DNA of 64,000 nucleotides, from assembly GCA_965232515.1 (NCBI GenBank), contig CBDDPY010000002.1, forward strand, positions 1,568,001 to 1,632,000, read 5' to 3'. The translations under genes were made by a program, and so were the position numbers. Below, piece by piece: positions 55,170 through 64,000 of this stretch (position 1 is the first letter of the stretch; each line of letters begins with the position of its first letter). The stretch is from Alphaproteobacteria bacterium. Lineage in GTDB: Bacteria > Pseudomonadota > Alphaproteobacteria > GCA-2731375. The notes beneath the pieces were generated by a model. That model made no database searches. It saw only the letters and a program-made list of their open reading frames with translations, and had not been told where the DNA came from.

Positions 55170-56579
55170 TCAGTCGACGACAACAGGCGCCAGCGTGTCG
55201 AGCAGCCCGCGGGCGTGCGCGGTGACGCGGGCGTCATCGCCCGGCCGGCCCATGATCTGCGCGCCGACCGGCAACCCGCCGACGCCCATCAGCGGCAGGC
55301 TGACCGAGGGCGCGAACAGCAGCGAAGCCGGGTAGTTGAAGATCGCGTCGCCGGTCGGCCGCGGCGCCAGCGGCTCGCCCGGCCGGTCGCCGGGCCAGAG
55401 CGGCGCCGGTCCCGGACAGGCGAGCGTCACGGCGCCGTCCGCAAGCGCCATGGCCTGGGCGTAGTGCCGCTGCGCAACCTCGCGCCTAAGCAACAGTGCG
55501 CGGTAGTCGTCGACGGCCATCGCCTCGGCCCGTTCCAGCGTCGCCTTGGCGCGGTCGCTAACGCCGTCAGGCGATTGATCCACAAGCGCGCGATAGGCCC
55601 AGCGGTTCTCCCAGGCGGTGATCGGGTTGCAGACATCGGCGGCCTCCGCGAGCACGACCTCCAGGGCTTCGATCAGCGGATCGTCGCCACGCCGCAACAA
55701 GGTGACACCGGTTTGCTGGAGCTGCTCCAGCAACGTTTCGAACGCCGTGCGGCTGGCGTCGTCGAGTCCGGGCCAGCCCGCCGTCTCCAGCACCATCAAA
55801 GTGCCCGGCCGGACAGCGGCGGGCGGCGTCGCTGGGCCGATCAGGCCGGGACCGCCGCGGTCGCCGCCAACGCGTCGCACGATCTCGATGGCGACCTGCC
55901 ACATGTCCTCGATCGAGCCGGCATGGACGCCGTGCGTGCTCATGCTGGTGATCTGCCGTTCGCCGCGATTGATGCCACCCTGGCTCGGCTTCAGCGCCAC
56001 ATTGCCGCAGAAGCCGGCCGGCCGGATGATCGAGCCGCCGACCTGCGAGCCGATCGCCGCCGGCATCATCTGGGCGGCGACGGCCGCGGCCGAGCCCGAA
56101 GACGAGCCGCCGGGCGTGCGCGTCGGATCGAACGGATTGGTGGTCGGGCCGGGATGCGTACCGCCAAGCTCGGCCGTCACGGTCTTACCGAAGATCACGG
56201 CGCCGGCCTGCCGCAAGGCCGCGACGGTGGCATTGTCGCGCTTCGGGAAGTTGCCGCGGCAGGCTTCGCAACCGAGCCCGGTGGGCATGTCCCTGGTCTC
56301 GAGCAGGTCCTTGATTCCGACCGGCATGCCGTCGATGCGCGACAGTTGCCGGCCATCCTTCCAGCGCGCCGTACTGGCGTCCGCCATCTCGCGCGCGCCG
56401 TCCTCGTTCAGGCTGGCGAAGGCGCGCACCACCGGCTCGCGCGCCGCGACGGCTTCGAGACAGCGCTCGAGATAGTCGCGCGGCGTATCGCTGCCGTCGT
56501 CGAAACTCGCGAGCGCGTCGTGGAAGGTGCGTGCGCGAAACGATTGCGGATCGTATCTCCGGCCTGCACTCGCCGTCAT
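55170..56579 (-). CDS. Amidase (amidase-signature family)
   Basis: GIKD, TPGGSSSGS, GSQVGGSIIRPA. Confidence 0.9.
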   Translation of the reverse strand: MTASAGRRYDPQSFRARTFHDALASFDDGSDTPRDYLERCLEAVAAREPVVRAFASLNEDGAREMADASTARWKDGRQLSRIDGMPVGIKDLLETRDMPTGLGCEACRGNFPKRDNATVAALRQAGAVIFGKTVTAELGGTHPGPTTNPFDPTRTPGGSSSGSAAAVAAQMMPAAIGSQVGGSIIRPAGFCGNVALKPSQGGINRGERQITSMSTHGVHAGSIEDMWQVAIEIVRRVGGDRGGPGLIGPATPPAAVRPGTLMVLETAGWPGLDDASRTAFETLLEQLQQTGVTLLRRGDDPLIEALEVVLAEAADVCNPITAWENRWAYRALVDQSPDGVSDRAKATLERAEAMAVDDYRALLLRREVAQRHYAQAMALADGAVTLACPGPAPLWPGDRPGEPLAPRPTGDAIFNYPASLLFAPSVSLPLMGVGGLPVGAQIMGRPGDDARVTAHARGLLDTLAPVVVD

Positions 56580-56968
56580 TCGTCAGCTCCCTGTCTTCGA
56601 CCCGGCGGGCCAGATGTCATCGCAACGTCCTGGCGACCATCGCGATTCTAACACTCCGCTGCTCAGTTGGGCGGCAAACGCCATCTCCTGCCAATGGGAC
56701 GTTGGTTGGTCAAACCGCTAACCGTCGGTTATCGTTGGTTTCTGTTGTTTCCCCTTTGGTGGTGGTTGAGGGCTCGGCATGGCGGCCATTCGGTCGACGC
56801 GCACGGACACGCGAAGGGCAGAAACGGATCGCGACTTTCCCGGCAAAAGGCCGACGATCGCGATGAATGCGGCTGCGGTTCTGCCGTTACGAATGCCGCC
56901 AAACACCGAAGAAAAGACGCCCGAACGTCCGGACCACTCATGTCGCCACCATCTGCATGGAGGCGCTC

Positions 56969-59962
56969 ATGACGGCATCGAAATACGCTGCGATGATCGA
57001 TCGCAAGCAGGAGGTTATCGGTCTCGACATCACCAGCCTGCCGATCAGTCACGGCCGAACCTCGGTCATTGCGTCGGCCGAGCCGGCCCGGATCGTCCTC
57101 CACTGGTATAGCCACCGTGCAATCGGCGCGACCGCCGCCGGCTGGCATCAACACACAATCGAGCACCGCAGATATAGCCCTGGTCGGACGATACCGGAAA
57201 TGAACGACGCGCTCAGCCTGCCGTGGTCGCAACGCGTCGCCATGGCGGCAACGGACCAGCATCTTGTCGTTGTGTACAAACGACGGCGGGGGTCGCTGAC
57301 CGGATTGTTCCTCAGCCGCTTCGATTGGGACAGAGATCAGGAAGACCTTACGCAACGCGGCGATCCGGTCCCGCTGCCGACGCAGCCGCACGGCATCTCG
57401 GAGATCGGCTTCAGCCTCTGGGCGGGGTTCGACGAAATATCGAACAATGTCGTTGTCCTGACCCAGTCCTGGCGCGACCCGGGTCCGACGCTGGGGCTAA
57501 GGCTGCTTCGCGCATCGATCGACCACGTGCTCGCCACGCCGGACGACCCGGCCATTTGGACAGTCGACGATGTCGCCTCGGGCGGCTTCGACCTCGATGC
57601 CCGGTTGGATGCGGGCCAGCTGACATTCGTCTTTCGGCAACAGCCTTACACGATGACGGTTGTCGATCCCCGCCTTCGCTTCGACGGGGATGTCCATGAG
57701 CTGCGCCTGGATCAGGCCGAAAACCTGCGCATCAATCCGGCCCTGACGGTACGCACTATCGATACGACCACGTTGGACGTCCTGCAGGAACACAACGGCG
57801 TGCCCGGCGGCGCTCATCCGCAAATTCAGCGGCTGGACCCACTGTTCCTGACCTGCGACCGCGTCGACAGCGGGATTATCCGCGTGGCCGCCGAGCCAGG
57901 GGCGGGTGAGGACGAACCGCCCGCGTTCGCCCGCTTCGCTCATCTTATCGGTCAGAAGCAACTGCTGCGGCTGGCCGGCGAAGACTGGTTCTCGATCGAC
58001 CTGATGCCGATCGACTTCCGGGTTCATCCCCGCCATGTCCTCTACCACACGGCGCGGCCTCGCTCGGTCCGCCGCGAATCCGGACAATTCATCATGGCCG
58101 CCGAGGACGGTCGCCTGTCGACCGCCCTGCTTCACCCGTTGCTGCCGACGCATCTGGTTCACTTCGAACTGAATCGGGACAAGGGCACCGAGATCCTGGA
58201 TCTGATCCATCACGAGACCGAGATGTCGGCGGTTCTGCAGACCCGGTTCGAGCTGCGGCCGGACGTGGAAGAGCAAAGCCTGCGGCTGATCGATCGCACC
58301 TTCCGGGTGCTGGACATCAATCACGAACCAATCCCGGCCACCCGCGAGATCGCCTCGCAGGGCTTCGAAAACGAACAGTTTCGCCCCTTTGCCACGGCGC
58401 GGTTCAGGCTGCCACCCGGACCCGACGCCGCCGTGTCGCTCCCCAGGGACGCCTATCGGTTGGACAATACGCTGGGGGGTCTGCTGGCCGTCGACCCGCG
58501 CACGCCAGGCCTCGACCTCTACGCCTATACCGATCTGGGCGATGCCGGCGTCAGGGTGATCCATCTCGACGAGCCGCTGACCGAACCACCCACCGTGCCC
58601 TGGAACGAGAAAGAACTGCCGCCCGACGCGGTCACCGGGTCCGGCGCGCCGGCCGATCAGTGGGTGACGCTGACGCACCCCGAGGGCGAATGGTTGCCGG
58701 CAGGACTGCCGGGCTTCCTCTCGCCGCCAATGCTGTCGGACGGCAGGTGGCCGGCCGTCGATTGGACGTTGGGATCCCAGCTTGAAGCGATCGTCGACGC
58801 ACTGTTCGCGCTCTATTACGAATTTGACACTGTCGGCCAGACTGCCCAGCTTCGTATCGAGGAAAGCCTGACGTCGAGATTTGAAGAAGAAACGCCCACG
58901 GATGAGCCACTATGGCAGCTGATCTGGTCGCCATTCGACGCGATCCCGCCAAATCGGTTCGTTGCCGGGCTCGGCGGCAGCTTGCGCGTCGCAAAGTATC
59001 TGATGACGTACAACAGCGTCGTCGATCCCGACAATCCGCCGGTCCTGAGCGACGGCGACGGCGACGGTGACGGCGCGGGACTGGCGCAATTTCGCGATTC
59101 AATCGAGGTGTCCAATGTCGCCGCCTACGAAACGGACTTGCGCTTCCTCCGTGAACCGGGTGGCCAAGGCCGCATTGAATGCCGGACGAGGCTTGATTTT
59201 ACGATTACGCAGACGGTCCTCGCCCCCTTCCTCGCATCCATCGCCATTCTCGATTTCATCAAGATCAGCATGTATCAGCGCCGCATGTTCACGCCGGCAA
59301 TCCTGATGTCGGAGCGACGGGCGAGAAACAGACTTACGAACCGCCTGGACGATACGCCCTTCGAGATGACAAGGCGGCCGATGCTTACAGAAAACGGCGA
59401 TGTCATCTTCGAGACAATGGCGCCGGCGGCGCTTTCGGCGCGGCCGGTTGGGAGTACGCAAGTCGATCTTGAGGAGGTGGACGTGTCCGTGCAAATGCGG
59501 CCGTTCAACTGGGCGATCGTCAGCCTGGTCATAAGCGCGCTGCTGACACTTGGGCTGTTCGGGCTGGCGGCAATTCTGATCGCCTTCATCACCGGTGGCA
59601 TCTCGATCATCGTTTCGGGGATCGCACTACCGATCGCAATCGGCGCCGCCATTGCCTTATTCCTGACGACATATTTTTTAGCGGCGCCTGCCATCGCCGG
59701 CATCCTGACCCGCATCATAGAATCCGAGTTCGACTCGAACCGGGAACGGGTCGTCGACGCCTTGAACCGGGTGAACCTGCTGGGCTATGCCGGCGAAGGG
59801 ATCGGCGAAGCGATCGCCCGCATGGTCCTGCGGCATCCGGACGTCGACGTTCCGCTCGACGAGGAGCATCCGGCGATGGAAGGCCGCAACCGCTTTCGCA
59901 TGGACTTCTGGCAGACGATTTTTGTCGGCGACGGTTTCTGCCGGGTGCTGATCCGCAAATAG
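56969..59962 (+). CDS. 997-aa hypothetical protein with C-terminal hydrophobic helices
   Basis: GGAGG RBS before ATG 56969; 3-kb open frame; long hydrophobic block FNWAIVSLVISALL...IAGILT; no family recognised. Confidence 0.75.
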   Translation: MTASKYAAMIDRKQEVIGLDITSLPISHGRTSVIASAEPARIVLHWYSHRAIGATAAGWHQHTIEHRRYSPGRTIPEMNDALSLPWSQRVAMAATDQHLVVVYKRRRGSLTGLFLSRFDWDRDQEDLTQRGDPVPLPTQPHGISEIGFSLWAGFDEISNNVVVLTQSWRDPGPTLGLRLLRASIDHVLATPDDPAIWTVDDVASGGFDLDARLDAGQLTFVFRQQPYTMTVVDPRLRFDGDVHELRLDQAENLRINPALTVRTIDTTTLDVLQEHNGVPGGAHPQIQRLDPLFLTCDRVDSGIIRVAAEPGAGEDEPPAFARFAHLIGQKQLLRLAGEDWFSIDLMPIDFRVHPRHVLYHTARPRSVRRESGQFIMAAEDGRLSTALLHPLLPTHLVHFELNRDKGTEILDLIHHETEMSAVLQTRFELRPDVEEQSLRLIDRTFRVLDINHEPIPATREIASQGFENEQFRPFATARFRLPPGPDAAVSLPRDAYRLDNTLGGLLAVDPRTPGLDLYAYTDLGDAGVRVIHLDEPLTEPPTVPWNEKELPPDAVTGSGAPADQWVTLTHPEGEWLPAGLPGFLSPPMLSDGRWPAVDWTLGSQLEAIVDALFALYYEFDTVGQTAQLRIEESLTSRFEEETPTDEPLWQLIWSPFDAIPPNRFVAGLGGSLRVAKYLMTYNSVVDPDNPPVLSDGDGDGDGAGLAQFRDSIEVSNVAAYETDLRFLREPGGQGRIECRTRLDFTITQTVLAPFLASIAILDFIKISMYQRRMFTPAILMSERRARNRLTNRLDDTPFEMTRRPMLTENGDVIFETMAPAALSARPVGSTQVDLEEVDVSVQMRPFNWAIVSLVISALLTLGLFGLAAILIAFITGGISIIVSGIALPIAIGAAIALFLTTYFLAAPAIAGILTRIIESEFDSNRERVVDALNRVNLLGYAGEGIGEAIARMVLRHPDVDVPLDEEHPAMEGRNRFRMDFWQTIFVGDGFCRVLIRK

Positions 59963-60115
59963 CCGAACGACCCGGTCGGAAGGAGCGCGCGCGATCACGG
60001 CGTTGAGGCAGTGCGCGAGATAATCCCGGTGCGCATCGCCGTCGCTATCGCTCGTGTTGCGGACGCCGTCAACCGCGCGTTCGTCTCTCTAATTCCGAAC
60101 CAAGGAGCATGACGA

Positions 60116-60682
60116 ATGTCCGATCGTTTCCGGAATTTCTTTGTTCTGACCGGCGGCCCGGGCGCCGGCAAGACCAGCATCATCGAGGCGCTGGCCCGGG
60201 CCGGCTTCGCCCACGCGGCGGAAGCCGGCCGACAGATCATCCAGGATCAGGTGCGGGTATCGGGCCAGGCCCTGCCCTGGCGCGACCGCGCGCTCTATGC
60301 CGAGTTGATGCTGTCGTTCGACCTGCGTGCGCACGATATTGCAATGGCTGGGTCAGGTCCCGTCCTCTTCGACCGTGGCGTTCCGGACGTGATCGGCTAT
60401 CTGCGTCTCGAAGGTCTGCCGGTTCCGGAACACATGACCGTGGCCGCCGCGCGGCTACGCTACAACCGTCATGTCTTCATCTGCCCGCCCTGGCCGGAAA
60501 TCTACCGGCAAGACAACGAGCGCCGGCAGACCGAGGACATCGCCGCGTCGACCTATCAAGCGATGGCGGACATCTACGCGGAGCTAGGCTACGACCTGAT
60601 CGACGTGCCGAAAGCGCCTGTGGACGCGCGCATGGCCTTCGTCCGAAACGAGATCGCCCGCCTGTCGGACGAAGAAAACTGA
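60116..60682 (+). CDS. AAA_28/NadR-like P-loop ATPase or kinase
   Basis: LTGGPGAGKT, LFDRG.PD, PPWPEIY.QD.ER. Confidence 0.88.
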   Translation: MSDRFRNFFVLTGGPGAGKTSIIEALARAGFAHAAEAGRQIIQDQVRVSGQALPWRDRALYAELMLSFDLRAHDIAMAGSGPVLFDRGVPDVIGYLRLEGLPVPEHMTVAAARLRYNRHVFICPPWPEIYRQDNERRQTEDIAASTYQAMADIYAELGYDLIDVPKAPVDARMAFVRNEIARLSDEEN

Positions 60683-60691
60683 TCGGTGGAA

Positions 60692-61894
60692 TTATCCTTG
60701 GGCGTCGCGCGCCTGAACGATCAGCTCGATCAGGCGTGAGAACTCGCGTCTGAGGATGAACCGGTCGTTCCTGCAGAATTCCGGGTCGGCCTCCGGTTGG
60801 CGAAGACATTGCAGCGCCACGCGTTCGACTGCCGCGTCCAGACCGATGTTCTCGGCTCTCGTCAGCCGCCTGGTGCGCTTCCAGAATTCGGTCGTGTCAG
60901 CCTGATGAACGATGACCGTTCGCCAAGCCGGAACGACAAACACGGCCTGGCGGCCAAAGCCGGCGGCCCAGAAAGTGCCTGGCGGCAGACCGGTATCGGC
61001 GTCGGGAATCCACCAGAGATAGCCGTGGCCGCTGCGCAGACCCTTATCGCCCGTCGGCGTGTGATCGGCGACGACGCGGTCAACCCAGCCGTCGGGAAGC
61101 ACCTGCTGTCCCTGAAAGCTGCCGTTCGACAGATAGAGATCGCCGAAGCGGGCGAGATCCCGCGCCGACATCTTGAACATGGCGGCGCGATGGCGGGAGA
61201 CCCTGGGTCGCCGGCTGTAGGAGACCGACCACGTCGAAAAATCCTGCATGCCGATCCGGTCGGCGATGCCGGCCTCAAAGGCTTCCGCGACCGACAGGCC
61301 GGTCCTGGCCTCGAAGATCGTGGTCAGAGCGTTGTAGTCCCAGTTGTTGTAGGCCCAGATCGTGCCCGGCCGGTTTTCGCCCTGGCCAAGCCGCCGGTTC
61401 TTTTCCACGGCCATCGCGGCCTCGGCCGCGGCCGGATGGTTGATGCCCGACACGCTCTTGATCAGATGCAGCACCGTGGCCTCGCGCTGCAACGGCGTCA
61501 GGGGCATCGGCGCGTCGTCGATGTCGAGATCGGCAAGCGTCGCGTCGAGATCGATCTGCCTGGCGCCCGGCCCGACATGCTGCCCGACGACCGCGCTGAG
61601 CAACGCCTTGCGAACCGAATGGACGCTGCGCCGTTTCGTCACATCGCCCATGCTGCGCACGATCTTGCCATCGGTGACGATGATCAGGGCATCGGTGCCA
61701 AGCGATCGCGCGTGCTCCGTGACCGTGTCGAGTCCGGCCGGATTCCAGCCGAAGTCGCGGGCCTGCGCGGCGCTCAACGTCGTCGGAGCCGGATCTTCGG
61801 CATTGACGCCTGCGCAGGCAGCACAGATCGTCGCCACAAATATGACGAACAGAAAATGCAGACCGCTTGCCAAAGCTGATGAGCGCGACGCCAT
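60692..61894 (-). CDS. Serine hydrolase, beta-lactamase class C-like
   Basis: SVRK (SxxK), WAYNN (YxN), MSARDLARFG, GYLWW; hydrophobic N-terminus. Start uncertain. Confidence 0.88.
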   Translation of the reverse strand: MASRSSALASGLHFLFVIFVATICAACAGVNAEDPAPTTLSAAQARDFGWNPAGLDTVTEHARSLGTDALIIVTDGKIVRSMGDVTKRRSVHSVRKALLSAVVGQHVGPGARQIDLDATLADLDIDDAPMPLTPLQREATVLHLIKSVSGINHPAAAEAAMAVEKNRRLGQGENRPGTIWAYNNWDYNALTTIFEARTGLSVAEAFEAGIADRIGMQDFSTWSVSYSRRPRVSRHRAAMFKMSARDLARFGDLYLSNGSFQGQQVLPDGWVDRVVADHTPTGDKGLRSGHGYLWWIPDADTGLPPGTFWAAGFGRQAVFVVPAWRTVIVHQADTTEFWKRTRRLTRAENIGLDAAVERVALQCLRQPEADPEFCRNDRFILRREFSRLIELIVQARDAQG

Positions 61895-61936
61895 CCCTGT
61901 GCTCGGTACCAAACAGCGACCCGATATCGCCGACCG

Positions 61937-62425
61937 TCAGGCGGCGGCGCTGTCGGCCTTGCGGATGGTGGGCAGGCAGCGCACGGGGAAGTTCATCGAG
62001 TTGGCGATAAAGCATTCGGCGTGCGCGCGCTCGTGCAGCTGTTCGGCGCGGGCGGCGTCGCTGTCGGCCGAGACGGTGACGACGGGGCGCAGCGTCACTT
62101 CGGTCATACGGCCATTGCGCGGTTCCTCCACCATCACGCCTTCGGCCGCGTCTTCATAGGCCTCGACGACCACGCCCTTCACCGTGCAGAGGTGCAGATA
62201 CCAGAGCATGTGGCAGCCGGAGAGCGCGGCGACCAGCATCTCCTCCGGGTTGTGCCGGCTGGCATCGCCCATGAAGTTCGGGTCCGACGAGCCGATAATG
62301 GCCGGCTTGCCCGGGATCTCGAACCGGTGCTCGCGCGAATAGCCCTCATAATCGCGGGTCGGGCCCTGCGCCGCGCCGGTCCATTGCGTCGTTACCGCGT
62401 ATCGATGTTCTTTCGCTTGCGCCAT
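61937..62425 (-). CDS. OsmC-family protein
   Basis: NPEEML.AAL.GCHMLWYL and AH.ECFIANS. Confidence 0.92.
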   Translation of the reverse strand: MAQAKEHRYAVTTQWTGAAQGPTRDYEGYSREHRFEIPGKPAIIGSSDPNFMGDASRHNPEEMLVAALSGCHMLWYLHLCTVKGVVVEAYEDAAEGVMVEEPRNGRMTEVTLRPVVTVSADSDAARAEQLHERAHAECFIANSMNFPVRCLPTIRKADSAAA

Positions 62426-62434
62426 CTCGATTCC

Positions 62435-63361
62435 TCAGTGTGTCGCCGCATCGCCGGCGTCGTGCCGCGCATCGACGGGCGTACCGTGCCAGCCCGCCTC
62501 GCGCTTGGTCCAGTAGAGCTTGTCGAGCCGCGTGGTCAGCGGTCCCGGCGCGCCGTCGCCGATGCGCTGGCCGTCGACGGTGGTAACCGGCATGACGCCG
62601 CCGGCCGAGCTCGACAGAAACACCTCGTCCGATCCGGCGAGCGAGTCCGCGGGCAGCGTCGTCAGCCGGCAATCGACGTTGGTTTCGGCGCAGAGCTCGA
62701 ACACTGTCTTGCGCGTCATGCCGTCGAGCACGCCGCCGGCCGGCGTCTCCAATCGGCCGTCCTTGACCCGGAAGATATTGAAGCCCGGTCCTTCGGTCAG
62801 ATTGCCGTCGCGGTCGACCAGCACCACGGTCTCGCCGCCGCGGTCGTAGGCCTGGAACAGCCCCATCTCGAAGTCGAGCCAGTGATAGTGCTTGACGGTC
62901 GGATCGACGCTTTCCGGCGGTACCCGGCAGATATCGCTGACCACCAGGTGCAGGCCGCGCGCCCGCGCCTCCGGCGTGGCGATCGACATGTAGGGAATGC
63001 AGAAGGCGTAGTAGCGGTTCTCGCAGGCGCGCGGGTCGCGCACGCCGACGGGTGGGCGGCCGCGCGTGCCGATCATCTGCACATAGGCGTCCGGGCGATC
63101 CAGGCGGCGGGCCATCTCCATCAGGATCGCACGCTGCTCATCGCGGCCGTAAGGGCAGGTCATGCGCAGCTTGTCGAGATTGCGCTGGAAGCGGTCGAGA
63201 TGATCTTCCAGACGGAAGAACATGCCCTTCCAGACCGTCACCGTGTCCTGGTTCGCGTCCGAGCGCAGAAAGCCCCAGTCCAGCAGGGGGATCCGCGCCT
63301 CCGCCACCGGGCAATAGTCATCGTCGATGAAGGCGACACCGTCGCCGAACGGATTCGTCAT
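62435..63361 (-). CDS. Class IV aminotransferase, (R)-amine transaminase-like
   Basis: IPLLDWGF, FRLEDHL.R, DPTVKHYHWLD, TEGPGFN, LDGMTR, SSAGG. Confidence 0.88.
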   Translation of the reverse strand: MTNPFGDGVAFIDDDYCPVAEARIPLLDWGFLRSDANQDTVTVWKGMFFRLEDHLDRFQRNLDKLRMTCPYGRDEQRAILMEMARRLDRPDAYVQMIGTRGRPPVGVRDPRACENRYYAFCIPYMSIATPEARARGLHLVVSDICRVPPESVDPTVKHYHWLDFEMGLFQAYDRGGETVVLVDRDGNLTEGPGFNIFRVKDGRLETPAGGVLDGMTRKTVFELCAETNVDCRLTTLPADSLAGSDEVFLSSSAGGVMPVTTVDGQRIGDGAPGPLTTRLDKLYWTKREAGWHGTPVDARHDAGDAATH

Positions 63362-63433
63362 GGCGCCTCTCCCGCAGGTCCGTCGACGACAGTAGACGCC
63401 CGGCCCCGTGACAGGCAACCTGGCCGTGGAGGC

Positions 63434-63664
63434 CTATTCGGCGGCTTCGCGCGCCTGCTTCTGACGCAGGTAATACTCCGTGTAGACGATGTCCCGCATG
63501 GAGTGGACGTCGCAGCAGCCCTCGTTCTCCATGTAGAGGATCTTGTTGCCGAGATAGGGGAACGGCGACTGGCCCTCGGCCGGGAAGCAGCGGTCGACCC
63601 GGATCGCCCGGCAGGCGCCGTCGAGGACGAAGGACGGTGTCAGCTGCTGACGGCCAGATATCAT
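63434..63664 (-). CDS. Short hypothetical ORF or 3' gene remnant
   Basis: The last ~65 codons have strong GC3 bias (..YLGNKILYMENEGCCDVHSMRDIVYTEYYL..); no convincing start or RBS. Confidence 0.35.
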   Translation of the reverse strand: MISGRQQLTPSFVLDGACRAIRVDRCFPAEGQSPFPYLGNKILYMENEGCCDVHSMRDIVYTEYYLRQKQAREAAE

Positions 63665-64000
63665 CCCGGTGAAAAGCGAAGCGACCCGTTCGGCTTTGCG
63701 GGCGACGGCGGTGTCGTGACCCTGCCGGCCGGCCTGGCGAGCGAGTTTTGTTCGCGCATCCGGCCTGCCGGCTGCACTACGTGGTCGGCGATCTGTCGAC
63801 GACCTTGCTGACCTGCCGTTGGCTGCGGCCGGAGACCGCAGCCATTCGCCATCGACGCCGATCCCGATCGCCGACATTGGCAGTAACGGCACGAACCAGG
63901 CTTTAACCCATACAACCTAGGCTGTATCCGGCCGTTCCAAGTCATCCACCACGACTGTCGAGATCTCCCGATGTCCCGAGCGAGCTTGCCACATCGCGGC

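Noticed and set aside
60692-61894. Antibiotic-resistance beta-lactamase
   Set aside because: SxxK and YxN are present but KTG is replaced (WAAGFG); more like the esterase/amidase branch.
1-64000. CRISPR array, tRNA/rRNA, integrase/transposase, prophage
   Set aside because: No regularly spaced repeats, RNA gene signatures or recombinase motifs seen by eye; short or degenerate elements could have been missed.

Overview
A GC-rich chromosomal segment whose gene content (TRAP transporters, CGTC-type REPs, an ECF42 module, this icd type) points to an alphaproteobacterium. It has about 60 CDSs; I saw no rRNA, tRNA, CRISPR array, transposase or phage genes. In order: (1) a FabH/DarB-type ketosynthase fused to a heme-oxygenase-like diiron oxidase domain, followed by an uncharacterised partner gene cut by the window edge; (2) a cobalamin-riboswitch-led btuB-X-btuFCD operon with an uncharacterised gene X; (3) icd; (4) AraC/NmrA/PaaI genes and an RND pump; (5) an MlrC-TRAP-LacI unit with a GntR-type operator; (6) an ECF42/YciI/VOC module with two matching promoters; (7) a LysR-cuyA-HisD paralog-DegT-TRAP-racemase cluster that reads as C3 aminosulfonate (cysteinolate/cysteate) catabolism; (8) a secreted iota-type carbonic anhydrase with a two-component system; (9) a sigma54-type amide ABC/amidase operon interrupted by a 266-bp three-way-junction palindromic element that supplies the start of the next gene; (10) an XRE/dialkylglycine-decarboxylase-like/GST unit; (11) a 997-aa membrane-anchored orphan. 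All calls come from reading motifs by eye and recalling families; no searches were run.
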